From the human T2T-CHM13v2.0 reference genome, Homo sapiens: DNA of 64,000 nucleotides. The DNA lies in the NCBI RefSeq assembly GCF_009914755.1, contig NC_060926.1; one strand, written 5' to 3'. The translations under genes were made by a program, and so were the position numbers. This document shows positions 20,601 to 35,567 of this stretch, in pieces. Each line of letters begins with the position of its first letter. Position 1 is the stretch's first letter. Under the pieces are notes generated by a model. That model was given only the letters and a program-made list of their open reading frames with translations, ran no database searches and was not told where the DNA came from.

Positions 20601-23600
20601 TAGCTTTGAGGATTTCGTTGGAAACGGGATTACATATAAAAAGCAGACAGCAGCATTCCCAGAAACTTCTTTGTGATGTTTGCATTCAAGTCACAGAGTT
20701 GAACATTCCCTTTCATAGAGCAGGTTTGAAACACTCTTTTTGTAGTATCTGGATGTGGACATTTGGAGCGCTTTCAGGCCTATGGTGAAAAAGGAAATAT
20801 CTTCCCCTGAAAACTAGACAGAAGCATTCTCAGAATCTTATTTGTGATGTGCGCCCTCAACTAACAGTGTTGAAGCTTTCTTTTGATAGAGCAGTTTTGA
20901 AACACTCTTTTTGTAAAATCTGCAAGAGGATATTTGGATAGCTTCGAGGATATCGTTGGAAACGGGATTGTCTTCATATAAAATCTAGACAGAAGCGTTC
21001 TCAGAAGCTTCATTGGGATGTTTCAATTGAAGTCACAGTGTTGAACAGTCCCTTTCATAGAGCAGGTTTGAAACACTCTTTTTGTAATATCTGGAAGTGG
21101 ACATTTGGAGCGCTCTCAGGAATACGGTGAAAAAGGAAATATCTTCCAATAAAAGCTAGATAGAAGCAATGTCAGAAACTTTTTCATGATGTATCTACTC
21201 AGCTAACAGAGTTGAAGCTTTCTTTTGAGAGAGGAGTTTTGAAACACTCTTTTTGTGGAATCTGCAAGTGGATATTTGTCTAGCTTTGAGGATTTCGTTG
21301 GAAACGGGATTATATATAAAAAGCAGACAGCAGCATTCCCAGAAATTTCTTTGTGATGTTTGCATTCAGGTCACAGAGTTGAACATTCCCTTTCTTAGAG
21401 CAGGTTTGAAACACTCTTTTTGTAGTATCTGGATGTGGACATTTGGAGCGCTTTCAGGCCTATGGTGAAAAAGGGAATATGTTCCCCTGAAAACTAGACA
21501 GAAGCATTCTCAGAATCTTATTTGTGATGTGCGCCCTCAACTAACAGTGTTGAAGCTCTCTTTTGATAGAGCAGTTTTGAAACACACTTTTTGTAAAATC
21601 TGCAAGAGGATATTTGATTAGCTTTGAGGATTTCGTTGGAAACGGGATTGTCTTCATATAAACTCTAGACAGAAGCATTCTCAGAAGCTTCATTGGGATG
21701 TTTCAATTGAAGTCACGGTGTTGAACAGTCCCTTTCATAGAGCAGGTTTGAAACACTCTTTTTGTAGTATCTGGAAGTGGACATTTGGAGCGCTCTCAGG
21801 ACTACTGTGAAAAAGGAAATATCTTCCAATAAAAGCTAGATTGAAGCAATGTCAGAAACTTTTTCATGATGTATCTACTCAGCTAACAGAGTTGAACCTT
21901 TCTTTTGAGAGAGCAGTTTTGAAACACTCTTTTTATGGAATCTGCAAGTGGATATTTGTCTAGCTTTGAGGATTTCGTTGGAAACGGGATTACAGATAAA
22001 AAGCAGACAGCAGCATTCCCAGAAACTTCTTTGTGATGTTTGCATTCAAGTCACAGAGTTGAACATTCCCTTTCATAGAGCAGGTTTGAAACACTCTTTT
22101 TGTAGTATCTGGATGTGGACATTTGGAGCGCTTTCAGGCCTATGGTGAAAAAGGAAATATCTTCCCCTGAAAATTAGACAGAAGCATTCTCAGAAACTTA
22201 TTTGTGATGTGCGCCCTCAACTAACAGTGTGGAACTTTTCTTTTGATAGAGCAGTTTTGAAACACTCTTTTTGTAAAATCTGCAAGAGGATATTTGGATA
22301 GCTTTGAGGCTTTCGTTGGAAACGGGATTGTCTTCATATAGAATCTAGACAGAAGCATTCTCAGAAGCTTCATTGGGATGTTTCAATTGAAGTCACAGTG
22401 TTGAACAGTCCCTTTCATAGAGCATGTTTGAAACAATCTTTTTGTAGTATCTGGAAGTGGACATTTGGAGCGCTCTCAGGACTACGGTGAAAAAGGAAAT
22501 ATCTTCCAAATAAAGCTAGATAGAAGCAATGTCAGAGAATTTTTCATGATGTATCTACTCAGCTAACAGAGTTGAACCTTTCTTTTGAGAGAGCCGTTTT
22601 GAAACACTCTTTTTGTGGAATCTGCAAGTGGATATTGGTCTAGCTTTGAGGATTTCGTTGGAAACGGGATTACATAGAAAAAGCAGACAGCAGCATTCCC
22701 AGAAACTTCTTTGTGATATTTGCATTCAAGTCACAGACTTGAACATTCCCTTTCATAGAGCAGGTTTGAAACACTCTTTTTGTAGTATCTGGATGTGGAC
22801 ATTTGGAGCGCTTTCAGGCCTATGGTGAAAAAGGAAATATCTTCCCCTGAAAACTAGACAGAAGCATTCTCAGAAACTTATTTGTGATGTGCGCCCTCAA
22901 CTAACAGTGTTGAACTTTTCTTTTGATAGAGCAGTTTTGAAACACTCTTTTTGTAAAATCTGCAAGAGGATATTTGGATAGCTTTGAGGATTTCGTTGGA
23001 AACGGGATTGTCTTCATATAAAATCTAGACAGAAGCATTCTCAGAAGCTTCATTGGGATGTTTCAATTGAAGTCACAGTGTTGAACAGTCCCTTTCATAG
23101 AGCATGTTTGAAACAATCTTTTTGTAGTATCTGGAAGTGGACATTTGGAGCGCTCTCAGGACTACGGTGAAAAAGGAAATATCTTCCAAATAAAGCTAGA
23201 TAGAAGCAATGTCAGAAAATTTTTCATGATGTATCTATTCAGCTAACAGAGTTGAACCTTTCTTTTGACAGAGCAGTTTTGAAACACTCTTTTTGTGGAA
23301 TCTGCAAGTGGATATTTGTCTAGCTTTGAGGATTTCGTTGGAAACGGGATTACATATAAAAAGCAGACAGCAGCATTCCCAGAAACTTCTTTGTGATATT
23401 TGCATTCAAGTCACAGACTTGAACATTCCCTTTCATAGAGCAGGTTTGAAACACTCTTTTTGTAGTATCTGGATGTGGACATTTGGAGCGCTTTCAGGCC
23501 TATGGTGAAAAAGGAAATATCTTCCCCTGAAAACTAGACAGAAGCATTCTCAGAAACTTATTTGTGATGTGCGCCCTCAACTAACAGTGTTGAAGCTTTC

Positions 23601-26600
23601 TTTTGATAGAGCAGTTTTGAAACACTCTTTTTGTAAAATCTGCAAGAGGATATTTGGATAGCTTTGAGGATTTCGTTGGAAACGGGATTGTCTTCATATA
23701 CAATCTAGACAGAAGCATTCTCAGAAGCTTCATTGGGATGTTTCAATTAAAGTCACAGTGTTGAACAGTCCCTATCGTAGAGCAGGTTTGAAACACTCTT
23801 TTTGTAATATCTGGAAGTGGAGATTTGGAGCGCTCTCAGGACTACGGTGAAAAAGGAAATATCTTCCAATAAAAGCTAGATAGAAGCAATGTCAGAAACT
23901 TTTTCATGATGTATCTACTCAGCTAACAGAGTTGAACCTTTTTTTTGAGAGAGCAGTTTTGAAACACTCTTTTTGTTGGATCTGCAGGTGGATATTTGTC
24001 TAGCTTTGAGGATTTCGTTGGAAACGGGATTACATATAAAAAGCAGACAGCAGCATTCCCAGAAACTTCTTTGTGATATTTGCATTCAAGTCAGAGACTT
24101 GAACATTCCCTTTCATAGAGCAGGTTTGAAACACTCTTTTTGTAGTATCTGGATGTGGACATTTGGAGCGCTTTCAGGCCTATGGTGAAAAAGGAAATAT
24201 CTTCCCCTGAAAACTAGACAGAAGCATTCTCAGAAACTTATTTGTGATGTGCGGACTCAACTAACAGTGTTGAAGCTTTCTTTTGATAGAGCAGTTTTGA
24301 AACACTCTTTTTGTAAAATCTGCAAGAGGATATTTGGATAGCTTTGAGGATTTCGTTGGAAACGGGATTGTCTTCATATAAACTCTAGACAGAAGCATTC
24401 TCAGAAGCTTCATTGGGATGTTTCAATTGAAGTCACAGTGTTGAACAGTCCCTTTCATAGAGCAGGTTTGAAACACTCTTTTTGTAGTATCTGGAAGTGG
24501 ACATTTGGAGTTCTCTCAGGACTGCGGTGAAAAAGGAAATATCTTCCAATAAAAGCTACATAGAAGCAATGTCAGAAACTTTTTCATGATGTATCTACTC
24601 AGCTAACAGAGTAGAACCTTCCTTTGAGAGAGCAGTTTTGAAACACTCTTTTTGTGGAATCTGCAAGTGGATATTTGTCTAGCTTTGAGAATTTCGTTGG
24701 AAACGGGATTACATATAAAAAGCAGACAGCAGCATTCCCAGAAACTTCTTTGTGATGTTTGCATTCAAGTCACAGAGTTGAACATTCCCTTTCATAGAGC
24801 AGGTTTGAAACACTCTTTTTGTAGTATCTGGATGTGGACATTTGGAGCGCTTTCAGGCCTATGGTGAAAAAGGAAATATCTTCCCCTGAAAACTAGACAG
24901 AAGCATTCTCAGAAACTTATTTGTGATGTGCGCCCTCAACTAACAGTGTTGAAGCTTTCTTTTGATAGAGCAGTTTTGAAACACTCTTTTTGTAAAATCT
25001 GCAAGAGGATATTTGGATAGCTTTGAGGATTTCGTTGGAAACGGGATTGTCTTCATATAAACTCTAGACAGAAGCATTCTCAGAAGCTTCATTGGGATGT
25101 TTCAATTGAAGTCACAGTGTTGAACAGTCCCTTTCATAGAGCAGGTTTGAAACACTCTTTGTGTAGTATCTGGAAGTGGACATTTGGAGCGCTCTCAGGA
25201 CTGTGGTGAAAAAGGAAATATCTTCCAATAAAAGCTAGATAGAAGCAATGTCAGAAACTTTTTCATGATGTATCTACTCAGCTAACAGAGTTGAACCTTC
25301 CTTTGAGAGAGCAGTTTTGAAACACTCTTTTTGTGGAATCTGCAAGTGGATATTTGTCTAGCTTTGAGGATTTCGTTGGAAACGGGATTACATATAAAAA
25401 GCAGACAGCAGCATTCCCAGAAACTTCTTTGTGATGTTTGCATTCAAGTCACAGAGTTGAACATTCCCTTTCATAGAGCAGGTTTGAAACACTCTTTTTG
25501 TAGTATCTGGATGTGGACATTTGGAGCGCTTTCAGGCCTATGGTGAAAAAGGAAATATCTATCCCTGAAAACTAGACAGAAGCATTCTCAGAAACTTATT
25601 TGTGATGTGCGCCCTCAACTAACAGTGTTAAACCTTTCTTTTGATAGAGTAGTTTTGAAACACTGTTTGTGTAAAATCTGCAAGAGGATATTTGGATAGC
25701 TTTGAGGATTTCGTTGGAAACGGGATTGTCTTCATATAAAATCTAGACAGAAGCATTCTCAGAAGCTTCATTGGGATGTTTCAATTGAAGTCACAGTGTT
25801 GAACAGTCCCTTTCATATAGCAGGTTTGAAACACTCTTTTTGTAGTATCTGGAAGTGGACATTTTGAGCGCTCTCAGGACTACGGTGAAAAAGGAAATAT
25901 CTTCCAATAAAAGCTAGATAGAAGCAATGTCAGAAACTTTTTCATGATGTATCTACTCAGCTAACAGAGTTGAACCTTTCTTTTGAGAGAGCAGTTTTGA
26001 AACACTCTTTTTGTGGAATCTGCAAGTGGATATTTGTCTAGCTTTGAGGATTTCGTTGAAAACGGGATTACATATAAAAAGCAGACAGCAGCATTCCCAG
26101 AAACTTCTTTGTGATGTTTGCATTCAAGTCACAGAGTTGAACATTCCCTTTCATAGAGCAGGTTTGAAACACTCTTTTTGTAGTATCTGGATGTGGACAT
26201 TTGGAGCGCTTTCAGGCCTATGGTGAAAAAGGAAATATCTTCCCCTGAAAACTAGACAGAAGCATTCTCAGAATCTTATTTGTGATGTGCGCCCTCAACT
26301 AACAGTGTTGAAGCTTTTTTTTGATAGAGCAGTTTTGAAACACTCTTTTTGTAAAATTTGTAAGAGGATATTAGGATAGCTTTGAGGATTTCGTTGGAAA
26401 CGGGATTGTCTTCATATAAACTCTAGACAGAAGCATTCTCAGAAGCTTCATTGGGATGTTTCAATTGAAGTCACAGTGTTGAACAGTCCCTTTCATAGAG
26501 CAGGTTTGAAACACTCTTTTTGTAGTATCTGGAAGTGGACATTTGGAGCGCTCTCAGGACTACGGTGAAAAAGGAAATATCTTCCAATAAAAGCTAGATA

Positions 26601-29233
26601 GAAGCAATGTCAGAAACATTTTCATGATGTATCTACTCAGCTAACAGAGTTGAACCTTTCTTTTGAGAGAGCAGTTTTGAAACACTCTTTTGGTGGAATC
26701 TGCAAGTGGATATTTGTCTAGCTTTGAGGATTTCGTTGGAAACGGGATTACATATAAAAAGCAGACAGCAGCATTCCCAGAAACTTCTTTGTGATGTTTG
26801 CATTCAAGTCACAGAGTTGAACATTCCCTTTCATAGAGCAGGTTGGAAACACTCTTTTTGTAGTATCTGGATGTGGACATTTGGAGCGCTTTCAGGCCTA
26901 TGGTGAAAAAGGAAATATCTTCCCCTGAAAACTAGACAGAAGCATTCTCAGAATCTTATTTGTGATGTGCGCCCTCAACTAACAGTGTTGAAGCTTTGTT
27001 TTGATAGAGCAGTTTTGAAACACTCTTTTTGTAAAATCTGCAAGAGGATATTTGGATAGCTTTGAGGATTTCGTTGGAAACGGGATTGTCTTCATATAAA
27101 CTCTAGACAGAAGCATTCTCAGAAGCTTCATTGGGATGTTTCAATTGAAGTCACAGTGTTGAACAGTCCCTTTCATAGAGCAGGTTTGAAACACTCTTTT
27201 TGTAGTATCTGGAAGTGGACATTTGGAGCGCTCTCAGGACTACGGTGAAAAAGGAAATATCTTCCAATAAAAGCTAGATAGAAGCAATGTCAGAAACATT
27301 TTCATGATGTATCTACTCAGCTAACAGAGTTGAACCTTTCTTTTGAGAGAGCAGTTTTGAAACACTCTTTTGGTGGAATCTGCAAGTGGATATTTGTCTA
27401 GCTTTGAGGATTTCGTTGGAAACGGGATTACATATAAAAAGCAGACAGCAGCATTCCCAGAAACTTCTTTGTGATGTTTGCATTCAAGTCACAGAGTTGA
27501 ACATTCCCTTTCATAGAGCAGGTTGGAAACACTCTTTTTGTAGTATCTGGATGTGGACATTTGGAGCGCTTTCAGGCCTATGGTGAAAAAGGAAATATCT
27601 TCCCCTGAAAACTAGACAGAAGCATTCTCAGAATCTTATTTGTGATGTGCGCCCTCAACTAACAGTGTTGAAGCTTTGTTTTGATAGAGCAGTTTTGAAA
27701 CACTCTTTTTGTAAAATCTGCAAGAGGATATTTGGATAGCTTTGAGGATTTCGTTGGAAACGGGATTGTCTTCATATAAACTCTAGACAGAAGCATTCTC
27801 AGAAGCTTCATTGGGATGTTTCAATTGAAGTCACAGTGTTGAACAGTCCCTTTCATAGAGCAGGTTTGAAACACTCTTTTTGTAGTATCTGGAAGTGGAC
27901 ATTTGGAGCGCTCTCAGGACTACGGTGAAAAAGGAAATATCTTCCAATAAAAGCCAGATAGAAGCAATGTCAGAAACATTTTCATGATGTATCTACTCAG
28001 CTAACAGAGTTGAACCTTTCTTTCGAGAGAGCAGTTTTGAAACACTCTTTTTGTGGAATCTGCAAGTGGATATTTGTCTAGCTTTGAGGATTTCGTTGGA
28101 AACGCGATTACATATAAAAAGCAGACAGCAGCATTCCCAGAAACTTCTTTGTGATGTTTGCATTCAAGTCACAGAGTTGAACATTCCCTTTCATAGAGCA
28201 GGTTTGAAACACTCTTTTTGTAGTATCTGGATGTGGACATTTGGAGCGCTTTCAGGTCTATGGTGAAAAAGGAAATATCTTCCCCTGAAAACTAGACAGA
28301 AGCATTCTCAGAATCTTATTTGTGATGTGCACCCTCAACTAACAGTGTTGAACCTTTCTTTTGATAGAGCAGTTTTGAAACACTCTTTTTGTAAAATCTG
28401 CAATAGGATATTTGGTTAGCTTTGAGGATTTCGTTGGAAACGGGATTGTCTTCATATAAACTCTAGACAGAAGCATTCTCAGAAGCTTCATTGGGATGTT
28501 TCAATTGATGTCACAGAGTTGAACATTCCATTTCATAGAGCATGTTTGAAACACTCTTTTTGTAGTATCTGGAAATGGACGTTTGGAGCGCTCTCAGGAC
28601 TACGGTGAAAAAGGAAATATCTTCAAATAAAAGCTAGATAGAAGCAATGTCAGAAACTTTTTCAGGATGTATCTACTCAGCTAACAGTGTTGAACCTTTC
28701 TTTTGAGAGAGCAGTTTTGAAACACTCTTTTTGTGGAATCTGGAAGTGGATATTTGTCTAGCTTTGAGGATTTCGTTGGAAACGGGATTACATATAAAAA
28801 GCAGACAGCAGCATTCACAGAAATTTCTTTGTGATGTTTGCATTCAAGTCACAGAGTTGAACATTCCCTTTCTTAGAGCAGGTTTGAAACACTCTTTTTG
28901 TAGTATCTGGATGTGGACATTTGGAGCGCTTTCAGGCCTATGGTGAAAAAGGAAATATCTTCCCCTGAAAACTAGACAGAAGCATTCTCAGAATCTTATT
29001 TGTGATGTGCGCCCTCAACTAACAGTGTTGAAGCTTTCTTTTGATAGAGCAGTTTTGAAACACTCTTTTTGTAAAATCTGCAAGAGGATATTTGGATAGC
29101 TTTGAGGATTTCGTTGGAAACGGGATTGTCTTCATATAAACTCTAGACAGAATCATTCTCAGAAGCTTCATTGGGATGTTTCAATTGAAGTCACAGTGTT
29201 GAACAGTCCCTTTCATAGAGCAGGTTTGAAACA

Positions 29234-29273
<40 letters not shown>

Positions 29274-29280
<7 letters not shown>

Positions 29281-29358
29281 AAATATGCGCACCACATACA
29301 GCTATATCCCAATTTATTTGTGTTCCAGGATATGTGAAGAAAGACATTCACTACAGCA
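29274..29358 (-). other. 85-bp 3' transduction, copy 2
   Basis: Reads identically to 16932-17016. Confidence 0.88.
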
Positions 29359-29574
29359 TTTTTTTTTTTATTATACTCTAAGTTTTAGGGTACATGTGCA
29401 CATTGTGCAGGTTAGTAACATATGTATACATGTGCCATGCTGGTGCGCTGCACCCACTAATGTGTCATCTAGCATTAGGTATATCTCCCAATGCTATCCC
29501 TCCCCCCTCCCCCGACCCCACCACAGTCCCCAGAGTGTGATATTCCCCTTCCTGTGTCCATGTGATCTCATTGT

Positions 29575-30018
29575 TCAATTCCCACCTATGCGTGAGAATA
29601 TGCGGTGTTTGGTTTTTTGTTCTTGCGATAGTTTACTGAGAATGATGGTTTCCAATTTCATCCATGTCCCTACAAAGGATATGAACTCATCATTTTTTAT
29701 GGCTGCATAATATTCCATGGTGTATATGTGCCACATTTTCTTAATCCAGTCTATCATTGTTGGACATTTGGGTTGGTTCCAAGTCTTTGCTATTGTGAAT
29801 AGTGCCGCAATAAACATACGTGTGCATGTGTCTTTATAGCAGCATGATTTATAGACCTTTGGGTATATACCCAGTAATGGGATGGCTGGGTCAAATGGTA
29901 TTTCCAGTTCTAGATCCCTGAGGAATCGCCACACTGACTTCCACAATGGTTGAACTAGTTTAAAGTCCCACCAACAGTGTAAAAGTGTTCCTATTTCTCC
30001 GCATCCTCTCCAGCACCT
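29575..30018 (-). pseudogene. L1 ORF2p C-terminal remnant, copy 2
   Basis: Same 123-aa ORF-track translation as copy 1. Confidence 0.95.
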
Positions 30019-33000
30019 TTTTTGTAGTATCTGGAAGTGGACATTTGGAGAGTTCTCAGGAATACGGTGAAAAAGGAAATATCTTCCAATAAAAGCTAGA
30101 TAGAAGCAATGTCAGAAACTTTTTAATGATGTATCTACTCAGCTAACAGAGTTGAACCTTTCTTTTGAGAGAGCAGTTTTGAAACACTCTTTTTGTGGAA
30201 TCTGCAAGTGGATATTTGTCTAGCTTTGAGGATTTCGTTGGAAACGGGATTACATATAAAAAGCAGACAGCAGCATTCCCAGAAATTTCTTTGTGATGTT
30301 TGCATTCAAGTCACAGAGTTGAACATTCCCTTTCTTAGAGCAGGTTTGAAACACTCTTTTTGTAGTATCTGGATGTGGACATTTGGAGCGCTTTCAGGCC
30401 TATGGTGAAAAAGGAAATATCTTCCCCTGAAAACTAGACAGAAGCATTCTCAGAATCTTATTTGTGATGTGCGCCCTCAACTAACAGTGTTGAAGCTTTC
30501 TTTTGATAGAGCAGTTTTGAAACACTCTTTTTGTAAAATCTGCAAGAGGATATTTGGATAGGTTTGAGGATTTCGTTGAAAACGGGATTGTCTTCATATA
30601 AACTCTAGACAGAAGCATTCTCAGAAGCTTCATTGGGATGTTTCAATTGAAGTCACAGTGTTGAACAGTCCCTTTCATAGAGCAGGTTTGAAACGCTCTT
30701 TTTGTAGTATCTGGAAGTGGACATTTGGAGAGTTCTCAGGAATACGGTGAAAAAGGAAATATCTTCCAATAAAAGCTAGACAGAAGCAATGTCAGAAAAT
30801 TGTTCATGATGTATCTACTCAGCTAACAGTGTTGAACCTTCCTTTTGAGAGAGCAGTTTTGAAACACTATTTTTGTGGAATCTGCAAGTGGATATTTGTC
30901 TAGATTTGAGGATTTCGTTGGAAACGGGATTACATATAAAAAGCAGACAGCAGCATTCCCAGAAACTTCTTTGTGATGTTTGCATTCAAGTCACAGAGTT
31001 GAACATTCCCTTTCATAGAGCAGGTTTGAAACACTCTTTTTGTAGTATCTGGATGTGGACATTTGGAGCGCTTTCAGGCCTATGGTGAAAAAGGAAATAT
31101 CTTCCCCTGAAAACTAGACAGAAGCATTCTCAGAAACTTATTTGTGATGTGCGCCCTCAACTAACAGTGTTGAAGCTTTCTTTTGATAGAGCAGTTTTGA
31201 AACACTCTTTTTGTAAAATCTGCAAGAGGATATTTGGATAGCTTTGAGGATTTCGTTGGAAACGGGATTGTCTTCATATAAACTCTAGACAGAAGCATTC
31301 TCAGAAGCTTCATTGGGATGTTTCAATTGAAGTCACAGTGTTGAACAGTCCCTTTCATAGAGCAGGTTTGAAAAACTCATTTTGTAGTATCTGGAAGTGG
31401 ACATTTGGAGCGCTCTCAGGACTACGGTGAAAAAGGAAATATCTTCCAATAAAAGCTAGATAGAAGCAATGTCAGAAACATTTTCATGATGTATCTACTC
31501 AGCTAACAGAGTTGAACCTTTCTTTTGAGAGAGCAGTTTTGAAACACTCTTTTTGTGGAATCTGCAAGTGGAAATTTGTCTAGATTTGAGGATTTCGTTG
31601 GAAACGGGATTACATATAAAAAGCAGACAGCAGCATTCCCAGAAACTTCTTTGTGATGTTTGTATTCAAGTCACAGAGTTGAACATTCCCTTTCATAGAG
31701 CAGGTTTGAAACACTCTTTTTGTAGTATCTGGATGTGGACATTTGGAGCGCTTTCAGGCCTATGGTGAAAAAGGAAATATCTTCCCCTGAAAACTAGACA
31801 GAAGCATTCTCAGAATCTTATTTGTGATGTGCGCCCTCAACTAACAGTGTTGAAGCTTTCTTTTGATAGAGCAGTTTTGAAACACTCTTTTTGTAAAATC
31901 TGCAAGAGGATATTTGGATAGCTTTGAGGATTTCGTTGGAAACGGGATTGTCTTCATATAAACTCTAGACAGAAGCATTCTCAGAAGCTTCATTGGGATG
32001 TTTCAACAGAAGTCACAGTGTTGAACAGTCCCTTTCATAGAGCAGGTTTGAAACACTCTTTTTGTAGTATGTGGAAGTGGACATTTGGAGAGTTCTCAGG
32101 AATACCGTGAAAAAGGAAATATCTTCCAATAAAAGCTAGATAGAAGCAATGTCAGAAACTTTTTCATGATGTATCTACTCAGCTAACAGAGTTGAACCTT
32201 TCTTTTGAGAGAGCAGTTTTGAAACACTCTTTTTGTGGAATCTGCAAGTGGATATTTGACTAGCTTTGAGGATTTCGTTGGAAACGGGATTACATATAAA
32301 AAGCAGACAGCAGCATTCCCAGAAACTTCTTTGTGATGTTTGCATTTAAGTGACAGAGTTGAACATTCCCTTTCATAGAGCAGGTTTGAAACACTCTTTT
32401 TGTAGTATCTGGATGTGGAAATTTGGAGCGCTTTCAGGCCTATGGTGAAAAAGGAAATATCTTCCCCTGAAAACTAGACAGAAGTAGTCTCAGAAACTTA
32501 TTTGTGATGTGCGCCCTCAACTAACAGTGTTGAAGCTTTCTTTTCACAGAGCCGTTTTGAAACACGCTTTTTGTAAAATCTGCAAGAGGATATTTGGATA
32601 GCTTTGAGGATTTCGTTGGAAACGGGATTGTCTGCATATAAACTCTAGACAGAAGCATTCTCAGAAGCTTCATTGGGATGTTTCAATTGAAGTCACAGTG
32701 TTGAACAGTCCCTTTCATAGAGCAGGTTTGAAACACTCTTTTTGTAGTATCTGGAAGTGCACATTTGGAGCGATCTCAGGACTACGGCGAAAAAGGAAAT
32801 ATCTTCCAATAAAAGCTAGATAGAAGCAATGTCAGAAACATTTTCGTGATGTATCTACTCAGCTAACAGAGTTGAAACTTTCTTTTGAAAGAGCAGTTTT
32901 GAAACACTCTTTTTGTGGAATCTGCAAGTGGATATTTGTCTAGCTTTGAGGATTTCGTTGGAAACGGGATTACATATAAAAAGCAGACAGCAGCATTCCC

Positions 33001-35458
33001 AGAAACTTCTTTGTGATGTTTGCATTCAAGTCACAGAGTTGAACATTCCCTTTCATAGAGCAGGTTTGAAACACTCTTTTTGTAGTATCTGGATGTGGAC
33101 ATTTGGAGCGCTTTCAGGCCTATGGTGAAAAAGGAAATATCTTCCCCTGAAAACTAGACAGAAGCATTCTCAGAATCTTATTTGTGATGTGCGCCCTCAA
33201 CTAACAGTGTTGAAGCTTTCTTTTGATAGAGCAGTTTTGAAACACTCTTTTTGTAAAATCTGCAAGAGGATATTTGGATAGCTTCGAGGATATCGTTGGA
33301 AACGGGATTGTCTTCATATAAAATCTAGACAGAAGCGTTCTCAGAAGCTTCATTGGGATGTTTCAATTGAAGTCACAGTGTTGAACAGTCCCTTTCATAG
33401 AGCAGGTTTGAAACACTCTTTTTGTAATATCTGGAAGTGGACATTTGGAGCGCTCTCAGGAATACGGTGAAAAAGGAAATATCTTCCAATAAAAGCTAGA
33501 TAGAAGCAATGTCAGAAACTTTTTCATGATGTATCTACTCAGCTAACAGAGTTGAAGCTTTCTTTTGAGAGAGGAGTTTTGAAACACTCTTTTTGTGGAA
33601 TCTGCAAGTGGATATTTGTCTAGCTTTGAGGATTTCGTTGGAAACGGGATTATATATAAAAAGCAGACAGCAGCATTCCCAGAAATTTCTTTGTGATGTT
33701 TGCATTCAGGTCACAGAGTTGAACATTCCCTTTCTTAGAGCAGGTTTGAAACACTCTTTTTGTAGTATCTGGATGTGGACATTTGGAGCGCTTTCAGGCC
33801 TATGGTGAAAAAGGGAATATGTTCCCCTGAAAACTAGAGAGAAGCATTCTCAGAATCTTATTTGTGATGTGCGCCCTCAACTAACAGTGTTGAAGCTCTC
33901 TTTTGATAGAGCAGTTTTGAAACACACTTTTTGTAAAATCTGCAAGAGGATATTTGATTAGCTTTGAGGATTTCGTTGGAAACGGGATTGTCTTCATATA
34001 AACTCTAGACAGAAGCATTCTCAGAAGCTTCATTGGGATGTTTCAATTGATGTCACAGAGTTGAACATTCCATTTCATAGAGCAGGTTTGAAACACTCTT
34101 TTTGTAGTATCTGGAAATGGACGTTTGGAGCGCTCTCAGGACTACGGTGAAAAAGGAAATATCTTCCAATAAAAGCTAGATAGAAGCAATGTCAGAAACA
34201 TTTTCATGATGTATCTACTCAGCTAACAGAGTTGAACCTTTCTTTTGAGAGAGCAGTTTTGAAACACTCTTTTTGTGGAATCTGCAAGTGGGTATTTGTC
34301 TAGCTTTGAGGATTTCGTTGGAAACGGGATTACATATAAAAAGCAGACAGCAGCATTCCCAGAAACTTCTTTGTGATGTTTGCATTCAAGTCACAGAGTT
34401 GAACATTCCCTTTCATAGAGCACGTTTGAAACACTCTTTTTGTAGTATCTGTATGTGGACATTTGGAGCGCTTTCAGGCCTATGGTGAAAAAGGAAATAT
34501 CTTCCCCTGAAAACTAGACAGAAGCATTCTCAGAATCTTATTTGTGATGTGCGCCCTCAACTAACAGTGTTGAACCTTTCTTTTGATATAGCAGTTTTGA
34601 AACACTCTTTTTGTAAAATCTGCAAGAGGATATTTGGATAGCTTTGAGGATTTCGTTGGAAACGGGATTGTCTTCATATAAACTCTAGACAGAAGCATTC
34701 TCAGAAGCTTCATTGGGATGTTTCAATTGAAGTCACAGTGTTGAACAGTCCCTTTCATAAAGCAGGTTTGAAACACTCTTTTTGTAGTATCTGGAAGTGG
34801 ACATTTGGAGCGCTCTCAGGACTACGGTGAAAAAGGAAATATCTTCAAATAAAAGCTAGATAGAAGCAATGTCAGAAACTTTTTCAGGATGTATCTACTC
34901 AGCTAACAGTGTTGAACCTTTCTTTTGAGAGAGCAGTTTTGAAACACTCTTTTTGTGGAATCTGGAAGTGGATATTTGTCTAGCTTTGAGGATTTCGTTG
35001 GAAACGGGATTACATATAAAAAGCAGACAGCAGCATTCACAGAAATTTCTTTGTGATGTTTGCATTCAAGTCACAGAGTTGAACATTCCCTTTCTTAGAG
35101 CAGGTTTGAAACACTCTTTTTGTAGTATCTGGATGTGGACATTTGGAGCGCTTTCAGGCCTATGGTGAAAAAGGAAATATCTTCCCCTGAAAACTAGACA
35201 GAAGCATTCTCAGAATCTTATTTGTGATGTGCGCCCTCAACTAACAGTGTTGAAGCTTTCTTTTGATAGAGCAGTTTTGAAACACTCTTTTTGTAAAATC
35301 TGCAAGAGGATATTTGGATAGCTTTGAGGATTTCGTTGGAAACGGGATTGTCTTCATATAAACTCTAGACAGAATCATTCTCAGAAGCTTCATTGGGATG
35401 TTTCAATTGAAGTCACAGTGTTGAACAGTCCCTTTCATAGAGCAGGTTTGAAACACTC

Positions 35459-35482
<24 letters not shown>

Positions 35483-35489
<7 letters not shown>

Positions 35490-35567
35490 AAATATGCGCA
35501 CCACATACAGCTATATCCCAATTTATTTGTGTTCCCGGATATGTGAAGAAAGACATTCACTACAGCA
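35483..35567 (-). other. 85-bp 3' transduction, copy 3
   Basis: One difference from copies 1 and 2: a>c at 35536 (gttcccggat). Confidence 0.88.

Larger units (their letters stand above)
29237..30018 (-). mobile_element. L1Hs-Ta plus 3' transduction, copy 2
   Basis: T37 (29237-29273), transduction (29274-29358), T11, L1 (29370-30018). Same junctions as copy 1. Confidence 0.97.
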
